From the NCBI GenBank assembly GCA_053919585.1, contig CM132807.1: DNA of 64,000 bases. The stretch is one strand, 5' to 3'. The position numbers and the translations under genes are program-made. The DNA is from Euprymna scolopes (taxonomy: Eukaryota). Shown here piece by piece: positions 14,694 through 26,317 of the stretch; position 1 is the first letter of the stretch; the number at the start of each line of letters is the position of its first letter. Under the pieces are notes generated by a model that worked only from the letters and a program-made list of their open reading frames with translations, made no database searches and was not told the origin of the DNA.

Positions 14694-16110
14694 AATCCGC
14701 ACTGGAATTTTTTCAAAATTCAAGCTTAATTTAATGTAACTGTTTAAACAAACAATATCTCATTTAGTTGGCCTTTTACGTTGTATAATTTTACCTCTTT
14801 ATATTTGACTCTTAATTGAAATATTCTAGTGTCCACGTAAATTAAAAATACCTTAAATTGAGGAGGAAAAAGAAGGTTTGCACAATGGAAAATTGTTATT
14901 TACATGTAACTTTAGGACTTTAAGACAACACAAATTCAACAGGATCACGACTAGTTAATATTTAGTAGCGTAGCTCTTCTGCAATTTGACAACCTTCAAT
15001 CTTTTAGGAATCCTTGAATTAGACAGCAGCAATACTTCAGGGAAGGGCATCCCACTTATCTTTGATTTTTGTCCAAAGTTCTTCCAAATTTGAAATGTTA
15101 TCATTGCGTGGCTGTTAGTTGATGTAATGTCTTACGTGTTCGATAGGATTGAGGTCTGGAAATTGTGTAGGCCAATCCAAACACGGAATATCATGCTATT
15201 CTAAGAACATCTTGATATTGCCAGCTGTGTAACATTACCTACATGAAAATGAGGTTATCATCCAAATTCCGACCAAAGTAGGGTAGAAAATACTCAATCA
15301 ACATATGAATGTACTTGCTCGAATTAATTGCAAACGAACTATTGGCCCTAGTCAATTGGTACTAATAATTCCCCCCACAAAAAATGAACATCCGCCACCT
15401 TGCAGCATTGAAACTGAGCACCTAGTATTTAATTCGTCGTCTTTCCTTCGACGGACGCACTGCCTACCATCACATCCTAAACTACTGACTTCGCTTTCGT
15501 CGCTATAAAGCACGTTTGACCAATATAAAGAGTCATGATCTTCATTGTATCTGACGAATCCAAACGACGCTTTTTGTTCTTTACAGAAATCATTGGCTTG
15601 CGTCTTGCAACATATCCTCGCAAATTAAATTCCTTTAGTCTGTTCTTGACAGTGGAAAGACATCACTTTTTAACAAGACTGTACTGTTGTTGGATATGGG
15701 GAGCCGTTTCATTAGATTAGAAAAACCAGAAAGGTGGAAATTAATAAGCCCCTTACGATCACTAAGAGTCGTAGCATATGTACTAAATGTTACATTGTAT
15801 AACCTGGAACAACAACAATTACGATTAGAAATGCTTTGTTGCCTGTTGGTGAATATTTTAAACTGATTAAGGGGCGATAAATTAAGCTTCTTGTAAGCGA
15901 ATTTGTTGCTGCGGACTTAATTTTTGCCTCCTAAATTTGAAGTTAGTTTTTAAATTGACATAACAACTAGAATGTTCCAATTAAAAGTAAAATATGAACA
16001 GGTAAATTATAGCGGAATAAAAGGCGAATCAAATGAGGTATAGGTTGTCTTAACATTTACATAAAATTTAGCTTGAATCTGCAGTTTTTAAACAAATTAC
16101 AAGTGCTGAC
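14694..16110 (-). mobile_element. Tc1-family DNA transposon, decayed, with ~200-bp TIRs
   Basis: The two ends are inverted copies (aatccgcactgg...caagcttaatttaatgtaactgtttaaacaa versus its diverged reverse complement before 16110). Minus-strand remnant reads TAGNIKMFLE*HDIPCLDWPTQFPDLNPIEH. Same family as 58369-59962. Confidence 0.88.
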
Positions 16111-16489
16111 NNNNNNNNNNNNNNNNNNNNNNNNNNNNNNNNNNNNNNNNNNNNNNNNNNNNNNNNNNNNNNNNNNNNNNNNNNNNNNNNNNNNNNNNNN
16201 NNNNNNNNNNNNNNNNNNNNNNNNNNNNNNNNNNNNNNNNNNNNNNNNNNNNNAACGAAGTAAGAAAACTATATATTGGTAAATATAGAATGGTTCATTT
16301 ATTCCATAGGGTATACACACATTTAGTTGGATGTTAAAGGAGACTCTTTATACCAAGGCATTTTGAAGCCTAATGCTTCTCGTCAGAAGGGTAGATAAGA
16401 TGCTCGTTTGCATAATGGGAATGCGACGTTTAGCGTAGGATTTATCAGGACCGAAATAAATCAATAAAATAATAGATAATGTTTGGGGG

Positions 16490-17164
16490 AGTTTTATCAA
16501 ATACTCTTAGAATTCGAATTTTTTTAAATATATATCCGCGATTAAGCTTGTTGAAATCTCTTCTGGGCTCGGCAACGGGTAATGGTAATTTTTAATCACC
16601 GCGTGTAAACCTGTCAAAATGTTAGCGCAGACTCTGATTTGGTGTGGGCTCTTTTTGATGCACACAATCGGAGCAGCCCATGAATTAGTTTTTACTTTCG
16701 ATATACTTTCCATTCTTTCCAATTCTTAAAGTTCTTAGTTCATTTTTTCTACTTCTACGAAAAAAAAAACTTATGTTTCTTTTTTATAAATTTGCATAGT
16801 AATTACCTTGAGCTCATATTTGGCTTCAAACTTGTTATATATTCCAAGACCAGATGTGAAAACTTCTGGACTTTTAAAAAAAATCCTTCTTTAATACTCT
16901 CTTTTGTTTGCGTGTTGCTTTTTATTTTTCTGCAGAACGAGTTGAAAGTGTTATCTCTAAATTCAAATGTTTTAATAAAATCCGTACACAAGAGGTTGTC
17001 TCCATTTTTCAGAATACAAACTTTTATTTTTTAACGATCCCGTTTAATTTCATGGGAGGTAAAACTTCGCCTCTGTTGTTAATTTTTTTGCCAGTTATCA
17101 TACAAGCGAGTTTCGTTAGCTTCGTTATCGTAGGCGTATGTAAAAATGTTGGTTTTATAGTTTA
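16490..17164 (-). mobile_element. Ty3/gypsy LTR retrotransposon relic, protease C-terminal part and start of RT (3'-truncated)
   Basis: SWAAPIVCIKK...IRVCA...GLHAVIKNYHYPLPSPEEI is a typical gypsy RT start. The upstream ITGKK...NLLCTDFIKTF segment resumes the protease interrupted at 20222. Confidence 0.85.
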
Positions 17165-17717
17165 CTGGCTGTACCCTGCCACGCATTGCTGTGGCTCAAT
17201 TTGGTGTAATGGAAAATTCTAATAAAAAGAGAAAATGCATGTTTCTTATATTCTTAGTACAGCAATCCACTCTAAAAAAAAAAAATGAAAAAAATGGTAC
17301 TCTTGCAGAATTGGATCCTGATCCTCAGGATTACCGTCAATCATGGCTTGGGGTCGACCAACAATCAGTGGATAAAGCTAACGTTGAAACGCTATTTTTT
17401 TTCTGCATGCAAAACTGTGAGTTAGTAATTAATATTTGAGTGATGGGGGTTTACTATACACAGATTCGAAAAAATTGTCCAAAAGCAAATGAAAGCAAAG
17501 GTAAGGTAAGTTACATTTCTACCTAACTGGATAATTCTTTAGTGTTTTATGTAAGGTAAAATGTTTAATCGGCTGGAAAAACAGAAATGGTTGCAGACTG
17601 TTGAATACGTTAAGTTTGGGAAATTAAGTTGAAAACTAAAAACTATACAATACGGTGTCAAAAACCCACCGAATATATTACCATGACATAGGCTGACATA
17701 ATCGGTGGGTTTGTGAC

Positions 17718-17797
<80 letters not shown>

Positions 17798-20221
17798 CTC
17801 ACTTTCTCAAACTTAGCATAATCAACTGTATCCGCCGCCATTTGTATCTTTCAAATACACCGATAATTACTGTTTTTCGATCTGACTAAACGTTACATTA
17901 AATGAAAAGGGTTTGTATTAACAGATACAAAGAAGTTGTCAAAAATGAATATATTACAAATAAATGTAATCAAATGCAAGAAAAGTAAATGTTCTACCTA
18001 ACTGGATAAGATTGTAGTGTTTTTATGTAATTATAATGTTTAATCAGTTCAAAAACATGCAGTGTTTATCGGTATATTTGAAAAATACAAATGGCGGCAG
18101 ACTGTATCGAACACGTTAAGTTTGGGGAAATTTTGGGAAAATGAGTTTAAACTAAAAACTATACAAAATACTGTTAGGAACTCACTCAATATATGTTACT
18201 GTGATGTAGGCTGACATATAATCAGTGGTTTTAAATTTTGATCGATACAGGTAACGACTTTTAAGAGTCTCTTTTAGTGATTACCTGGTTTGAGGATATT
18301 ATACAACTAAATGGCAAATCTGCCCCAAAAATCCGGTATTATTTTACTTTAAGGCCCGTCTCATGTTGTATATAACGAACTATTTTATTGTAGATTTCAG
18401 TGTACTAAACACGAATCTGCAAACCGTTTCCGTCGCAAAAAGAAAGTTTTCATGATATGAAGAAATTACTTTTTCGAAAAGTGGGTGATCACTTTTCAAT
18501 GTAAATTTAACTTAGAATGAGTACCCACTTTCTGGCCACCTGAGAGAGGGGCATTTTTCTGTGTGTGGGGAGGTGTTTTGGCGGACGACCCCCACCCCTC
18601 CAACCAATTTAAGCAGGTAATTTTAAAGGATTTTCCAAGGGTAGAAAGAAAACCCCCACCCCCAAAAATCGTGGCCACAAAGTGGGTGATCATTTTACGT
18701 TAAATTATTATGGAAAAGTGATCCTTCACTTTTTTAAACTAACATTTCTTCATATCTTGGAAACTACTTGTTTGCCTTAATTATAACGGTTATTTTCGTT
18801 TTCAGCGACACCGAAAACCTATAGGAGTGGTAATTTTAAAGGAATTTTCGAGGGTGGAGTAATTGCTCATATTTACCTTTTTTTTTCCAATAACATAAGA
18901 AACTAAGAATTAGACAAATTTATGGTGCTAATGCACTTACCGATTCGTACTATTTTTTTAAATCGTATTTCCAAGTTTAATTAAATTTTTTTTTATTCAA
19001 TTGTATTCTAAATAATGTTAATGCTTCTGTACTGTTCCTTGTCTGCTTAAGTTTAATTTTTGTTTATTAAATTGTTAGGTGAACGTCCAGAATAGTTACA
19101 AAACACCCTCTTCTCCCCGTGTTAAGAATGGCTTTTTAAATAATAACGTTATTATTTCAGCACGGATCAATAAGTGCACGAGTACCCAATTTCTTTAATA
19201 AAGAAAAAGCATTCATATTTTAGAATAGATGCAAAACTCCCTCCCCATGTTAAGAATAGCTTTCTAAATAACGGTATTATTTCAGCACGGTACCTTCTCT
19301 GCATAAGTACTATCTTTTGTTTATAAAATTGTTAGGTGAAAATATAAAAAAAGTTACAGAACACTCTCCCTTTCCCATGTTTAGAATGGCTTGCTTAATA
19401 GTGTTATTTCAGTACGGTATCTTCTCTGCATAAGTACCATCTTTTGTTTATTAAATTGTTAGGTGAAAGTATAGAATAGTAACAAAACGTCCTCCCCATG
19501 TTAAGAATGGCTTTCTAAATAACGTTATTATTCTATTATTATATTATTATGTTACTTTCTCTGCATAAGTACCATGTTTTGTTTATTAAATTGTTAGGTG
19601 AAAGTACAGTACTCATGCAGAGAGTGATCCGTGTTGAAATAATAACGTTAATATTTAAAAAGCCATTCTTAACATTGGGAGGGGAGGGTGTATTTTAACC
19701 TTACAATTGAATAAAAAACATATAATAAAACTGTAATTAAACCTGGAAATACGATTTAAAAAATAGAGCGGACAAAAAAAACTGTACTTTACCAACCAAT
19801 CTTATATCGAAAAACAAAAAAAAAAAAAAAACTCAAAAAGCAAGCGACAAACTTTTTTTTGTCTTATATAATAAATAAAAAATGTTTAAATTAAAAAATT
19901 CGGAAGATAAACAAATGAATTATGTTTTGTTTTTTACTTATCGCGTAAACAGAAAATGAAATCTTTCGTCAATTCGTGGCTGTGAAATGAGTCGAACCGG
20001 AAGTTCAGTTTTATCAACAGAACAGATTCGTACTAACGGTTAAAAATATAATTATATTATTTAATATTTTAATAATTCGCGAGGTAATTTTTTTAATAAC
20101 ATAAAAACATCCCTCGACTCTAAAGATTGGTTGTCTGAAAATTTCAAATAAATTGGTAACGTAGAAATATGGTTTTATTTACTGTTAACGAACCAAATTT
20201 ACATTTATATATATATATAGA
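17165..20221 (-). mobile_element. Non-autonomous Helitron (~3.06 kb) inserted at an A|T site in the gypsy protease
   Basis: Minus-strand 5' end A|TCTATATATATATATAAATG at 20221. The 3' end has hairpin GCCACAGCAATGCGTGGC then GTACAGCCAG|T at 17165. The last ~90 bp are homologous to the Helitron 3' end at 7493. Removing the element rejoins the gypsy protease sequence. Confidence 0.85.
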
Positions 20222-21300
20222 TTGTAAATTCTGAACTTGAATGGAGCTGAAATTTGATATTCTTTCTAAATATATCAGTCGTAACATATCTCCTCAAATC
20301 TCTGTTTGATTTTATATTCAAACTTGTTTATCTAATTCGGCTATTGATTTTTTTTTGTTTTGCAACAGGAAATATTGTGTCTATTCTTGTTGCACTCGAA
20401 ATATTTCCTATTCCTATATGGACAATTTACCTCCCAATGTCTTTCGTTGCAACGTCTGCAATTATATGGGGGGTCATTTCGTTTAGCCTCGTTCATTTTA
20501 TTTAATTCTTCTTGTCTATTTTTATAATACGCCGATTTTTTTACCCCATATTTCTGGCTGATGGGTATTGTCACTGATTTGTTTTATTTTGGTAATATAA
20601 GCAATGCCAGGTACTTACATTTTTCGAGACTCTTTTTTTAATCTTACAGCGCGCTAGCAATCCTCTGCTAATTTCTGCAAGGTAAGTTTCTGTTCAGATT
20701 CGAGTTTAGACAAAACTCTACGTCTTACGTGATACTAGTCTTTGAGCAAAAATATAGCACGTAAAATCCTCGACCGAAATCTCTGCCAATCTGAAGTTCT
20801 CACAATATCTATTTACTAGAGATGCATATGTTAACTAATCCTGATCATCGGATTTAGAGACACTGATGCATAGCAATCGATTATGCCAAAGTAACATATT
20901 TGGTACAAACAGCTCATTTAGTAATTTAACTGTCTCCGAGATTTCCAACACATTTGTTTTCCTCGGTAGAATAAAATCTAAAAATTTGCTATGTTTCGCT
21001 GTACCTATTATTTAGTAATAGACTGATTTTTCTTGAGTTCGATCACCTTTCACAGTCTGTGAAGAAATTATGCTCTTAACGTTTATAATACGATTAAAAC
21101 GTTTTCTCTTCGTATGGTATGTGATCCAACATTTACAGCGAAATAAATATGGTGTTATTAGAATATGTAGAATCCCCTTCATTGGCCTGGTTGTTGCTTA
21201 ATTATTCCAGGGTTTCACTTTGAATTTCTAAATGCATGTTCTGCATTTCTTCGGATCTTGACATTGATTCTTTATGTAATTCGGTTTGAAATTCCCTTTG
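20222..21300 (-). mobile_element. Ty3/gypsy relic, gag (zinc knuckles) and protease N-terminal part
   Basis: CRRCNERHWEVNCPYRNRKYFECNKNRHNISCC gives two degenerate CCHC knuckles. DFILPRKTNVLEISETVKLLNELF is gag-like. IKFQLHSSSEFTI is a decayed xxFQLDTGSDITI aspartic-protease motif. Confidence 0.8.
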
Positions 21301-21640
21301 TTCTTTTTGGATTTTTTTATATTTCCCGCTAACGAATTGCAGGAGTGCAACCGGTCTTCCTGTTTTTCTAGTTTTTTTATTTTGTTTTCTGATATTTTTG
21401 CTTTATTATCTGCTGCTCTCTTATTAATAGGGTCAACTGTTCATTTTGAGGCCGGTGACTTTCTTGCTGTACTTTGAATAATTCTCTTATCACTTTGGAG
21501 AATTATTCCATGTTTATATAATAATGTATATGCACAATGTATACGTTTTCATTTGTGTAAGCCACAAATATAAGTTGAACAAAAAAACAATTGAACGAAT
21601 TACGTCTTTTTTTATTTCATGTCTTGATTTTGACATCCGT

Positions 21641-21923
21641 GGTTTTCTTCAGTCTTGACAGACTATAGATGCCCACTATAAAGGTGCCTGCGCGTGAGAT
21701 TTGTGTTGAAAAGTTCCTCAATCTCCAACTACGCCTCTCCTGAGTCAATATTGAGTGGCAAGTTGAGAAACAGAACGACTGGAAACAATGCCGAGATGAG
21801 CGGAAAGCACATACAGCGCCTAGAATTCCCAAATATTAACCCATCTGGTACTAACGAGGCTCAAGGCTGATTAACTTCGGTGATCTGGCGAGAACCGGTG
21901 TGTCACCGTGATGATGCCGTATA
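21641..21923 (-). mobile_element. 5S rRNA-derived SINE (SINE3-type) flanked by a 12-bp direct repeat
   Basis: The head 21923-21804 aligns end to end with eukaryotic 5S rRNA and is followed by a ~160-nt unrelated body. TTTGACATCCGT occurs at both 21629-21640 and 21924-21935 (probable TSD). Confidence 0.8.
21804..21923 (-). pseudogene. Degenerate full-length 5S rRNA sequence (head of the SINE)
   Basis: TACGGCATCATCACGGTGACACACCGGTTCTCGCCAGATCACCGAAGTTAATCAGCCTTGAGCCTCGTTAGTACCAGATGGGTTAATATTTGGGAATTCTAGGCGCTGTATGTGCTTT is colinear with the 5S consensus, including box A and box C remnants. It has many substitutions and no T4 terminator directly after it. Confidence 0.85.
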
Positions 21924-22421
21924 TTTGACATCCGTAAGTCAGGGATAATCAACTTTTGTTATTCTTTTATATTTTGTGAACAGAGTATGTCAGTGATTTT
22001 ATTCTCTCTACACGTATGAATTATTCCACTTCTAACACAATAAACGAGTTTTTTTAGAACTTCTTTTTAGAAATTGTTCATATTTACCTGGTTACGTATT
22101 TTTATGACATCACTTCCAATTTCGATTTATTATCAGAGGTAAATTCGTCAATATAGAATTGAACAAAGAAAAACAAAATTATTTTAAGTTCGTTACATTT
22201 TCAAAGTTAAAACGGTGTATTTGTGTGTATTTTAATTCCATGCATGTTTTCTTAGTCGAACTAGTTTTAAGTCGGACTTGTATCGTTGCGGATAACTGTT
22301 TTTTTCTTTCAATTAAAGTAACCGTTTTTAGTGTAAAGGCGTATTTATTTTTTTTCTTAGAGAACATTTCTTAATGCTAAGTCGTCTTTTAACGACTTTT
22401 AAATATCATAAAGCTCTGAAT

Positions 22422-22766
22422 CCTTCGACGACATTGTTGAAGCTCGACTGATCACGTGGAATAAATAACTACAACACAAAAGTAAAGTAGAACATATTTC
22501 TTGAAAGGAAGAAAGTATATACAATATGTACATAGAGACCATCCCCGGAGAAAATGTCGGCTGGTTTGTTGTCGACTACCGATCTCGTGTCTCTGAGTCT
22601 CTTATTGGGTCGCACCCGTCTTTACGGTACCTACCATAATTATATTGTTTATTAGGTAGATGCTACCACTGCAAACATAAAACAGTATTAATATGGAAAA
22701 ATAGTTATAGATTAGAAAAAGGTTATTAAATTACACATGTGATACAATAGTATTACTATAATAACA
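22422..22766 (-). mobile_element. Possible 5' LTR and PBS of the gypsy relic
   Basis: Minus strand reads ...CTTCAACA|A TGTCGTCGAAGG, i.e. an LTR-like CA end followed by a degenerate TGGCGnCG-type PBS, upstream of gag. The TG start near 22766 is a guess, and no second LTR was seen. Confidence 0.35.
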
Positions 22767-23012
22767 TTTCCGTTTTAATCTGTGAAACCTGTACTATTTT
22801 GTATAACTAAAATCGTGTTTGTGTATCAGACGTAAATATAAACAAAACAAAGACGCCTTTACATAACACTTATATTATTTTATTTGTAGAATAATTCTTC
22901 CTACACGTGTTTATTTTTCAGTGGTGCAATTCACCAAACAAATTATAAGCGCCAATTTAATTTTCATGGAAAAAAACACTGTCCTAGATATTTTCTGTGT
23001 TTAGAAATGATA

Positions 23013-23080
<68 letters not shown>

Positions 23081-23759
23081 GAGAGGGAGAGGAACAAACT
23101 ATCTAGAGAGAAAATTCGTAAGTTTACGCAAGCGAATTTGTAACATTATTGTTACATGGTTAATAATTTCAAGAATGTTAAGCAAGCAATCATTATGTGT
23201 AGCATCGTTTCGTCGATGCGGCGGGGTATTTGCATTCATTAAGTGTTTATTCCCATATGTTTCTCCGTGCTTTTGCATAAACTGCACACATATTGTGTAA
23301 CACAGCGTTTAAGTCTGTGTTCTTTAAAATACACATTTTAAAATGCAAAATCCATATGAAGGCGCTTAAATGATAATAATAATTATCATAAGTATATTAA
23401 TTAGGAATTTAAATTAGCGATAAGATAGATTAGATCAGAAACCGAAAACCATTCAGACAAAACTATGGATTCTGATAAAACTAGTGTTATAACTACTATT
23501 GCTATTACTGCTACAAAACAATAATGATAATATAGTTTTAGCGAAGAGAAATGTACATACTTACAATGTTTAATGAATAAAACCATAATATCGTAGAAAT
23601 ACTATTATTTATTAAAAAAGCAAAATAGTTTAAAATTGTTGACATATCAGAGTAAAGTGAAATGTAAATAATATATTGGCTATGTGAATAATAAACTAAA
23701 AAATAAAAAAACGATGACCAAGATAAACATAAATACACGAAATGAAGTTTAAATATCGA

Positions 23760-23798
<39 letters not shown>

Positions 23799-23800
<2 letters not shown>

Positions 23801-24089
23801 TATAAGGTAAAATTAAAAGCCAAGAACAATGCGATATTTTTTTATATAGAGTAAAATTAAATGAAAACAAAAGAAATAAATTTCTTTTTTTTTGTTGTTT
23901 GTTTTTTCTTTTTCACACAAATTTTAACTCTAAACAACAGTAATTTTTTTCTGTTGTATTCAATGGTGTTATAAATCTCAATATATTTCAGACCTATTAG
24001 TCCTTTTTCAAGTCTTCTCTTGAAAAAGGACTAATAGATCTGAAATATATATATCGCATTGTTCTTGGCTTTTAATTTTACCTTATAAT
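23799..24089. repeat. Nested inverted repeats (fold-back): 39-bp perfect outer arms and a 32-bp inner hairpin
   Basis: 23799-23837 is the exact reverse complement of 24051-24089. 23981-24012 pairs with 24019-24050 with 1 mismatch and a 6-nt loop. Confidence 0.95.
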
Positions 24090-25466
24090 TTTCTTCAACA
24101 ATGCTTCAAGCAAACTATAATCTACTTATATATATATATATGTATATATATATGTTGTATTTATATTTTCACACTGTAGTTTATGAAAATTTCCATATAA
24201 CGCATGATTAAAGTCAATGTAGTTTTTATTGCTAAAATTTGTAAAGTATGTAAATTTACATAAGAAAACTGAATTTAAAGAATGTAGACACAATTTGATA
24301 CACTATGGAGCGTTAGTTTATGTATTAGGATGTAAATTAAGGAATAATAGAATTGTCAGTGCTAATGAGAGGGGACGGAATTTTAGAGGGGAGAAGTTAT
24401 TATTTTGATCGGAGTACGTAACGATTGTGTTATTTATAAGTGTATGATCCAGTTGTAAAGGATGTAAGCACAATATCTGTAAAATGTGTTTATTTCCACC
24501 CGGTCTTTACTGGGGACAGAACCATGACTTAATATTAAGGTGGTAAAAGGAACTACTTCCTATTAAGGTGCTTCGATTGTTATGGTGGTGTAACTAGAAT
24601 GAGATGTAGGATTATCTTTTATAAGGACGACAATGTCGTTCTAATGGTACATAAGATAGTAGCTAATAGTCTAGACATAATAAATTTGTATTTGGCATTT
24701 GTAGTTGCAAACTGACGGTACTTTGTCCAGAGTGGAATTTCTGCAATCTAAATATTATATATGAGGATTATATAGGACCCAATATATAGTAATGGTTTAA
24801 AAAGTTTAAAAACAAGTGGCTCGTGCGCCACAACCGAGAATCGTAAACAAAACGTGTAGCTTACAATTTATTTTTTTCCTTTGATCTTAATGCCTGAGCT
24901 ATGAATACATGTTTGCTTCAAGGCTAAAATAAAAACATGAATCGATAGCCAGTAACATACGCATGCATATTCGTAATACCGCCGTTCGTCTTTCACCTGG
25001 CAAACTCCATTTTTTCACATTTTGACAGTTTTGCGCCAGTATTCCCCAGCTAAAACAAAAAACACTTTCTCATGGGGTCGAATAACCTATATATTAATTT
25101 TCATGTTAGTAGGCATAACTGTCGGTAACCAAAATGTTTTAAACAAATATGCATGCGCATATATATAAATATATATAGAAAGAGAATTGTGTTTACTATA
25201 ACCTTTTTACGCAAATATGTGGCAAGTATAAAGCATGTTGAATATCTGCATGAATATAATAATACGTCATAGTAAACTAAAGATGATAGTCTCATCAGGA
25301 AACCGAAATACTAATAGAGATTTTAGTAAAATTAATATTTAAAAGTATATGCAAATTAGCTAGATATTTTGCAGATAAATGGAATTCCACGACATATGTA
25401 TGCCAAAGCTGTATTTAAAATAAAAAAATTATAAAATATCCCTAAAACCTGATTTGTTTTCATACG

Positions 25467-26317
25467 TGTCACCACTTATCAAGGCCGATAGGCCACTCAA
25501 GGATAAGGGTTAAAGAGTGTAGAGTACTCAACAGGACAATGAAGTAATCGATAGTAATGGAAGTTCGGTAAATTTGTTAACTTAAGTGGAACGGCTCATC
25601 AGACCTTGTTCAGGTTGGACTTGAAGACAACCATATTATAGACAGCTGGAAAGCAGGGAAACGGAAGACAATTCAACAGGCGTGCAGTTCTAAGAAAGAC
25701 GCTTTGAGCATGGAATCTAAGTTTAGGTTTAGGCACAGATAAAGAGTGGGGAAAATTATTGATAATGTTTTCAGCTAGTCTAGTGTTTCTTGTGAAAGTT
25801 TGGCGAGGGGGAACCATAGATTGAAGCTCAGTTGAACACTTTCCTTGAAAATAACGATAAAGCAGAGACAAACTCGCAACATCTCTTCTGTGAGATAGAG
25901 GTTGCAGCGAAGAGAAAAGGACATCTCCCACCAGGCCACGAAGTCTATTTTGAACCCTATCAAGGCAGGACAAGTATTTTCTAGTAGCTGCTGCCCATAT
26001 GTGGCAACAATATTCCATCCTTGGACGTATCTGGCTCTTATATAGATAGAGAATTGCATCAGCAGTGATATATCTACTGGATCGATAGAAGGATCGAATC
26101 ATTTTTCCAGCGGCCTTGGCAACAGATTTGATGTACGTATTCCATTTAAGATAAGGAGTAAAGTCAAGCCAAAAAGCCTGTCAAAACTTGAGGCCTCCCC
26201 AAGACGAGAGTCATTCATTTTAATTGATGCCAGATGGGGATTAGAACGTTGATGATGTAAAGATAGAAGCTTGGTTTTAGATGCATTAAAAGTAACCAAC
26301 CACTCCTTTCCCTATTG
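25467..26317 (-). mobile_element. CR1-group LINE, 5'-truncated second copy
   Basis: Near-identical to 11310-12157 (YKSQIRPRMEYCCHIW..., same 3' UTR beginning gtcaccacttatcaaggccgatagg). Confidence 0.93.

Noticed and set aside
19060-19700. Regularly spaced repeats as a CRISPR-like array
   Set aside because: Eukaryotic context, whole ~120-bp units repeat with no unique spacers, and there are no cas genes.
21804-21923. Functional 5S rRNA gene
   Set aside because: Many substitutions in conserved positions, no T4 terminator after the 5S part, single rather than tandem, and embedded in a TSD-flanked unit.
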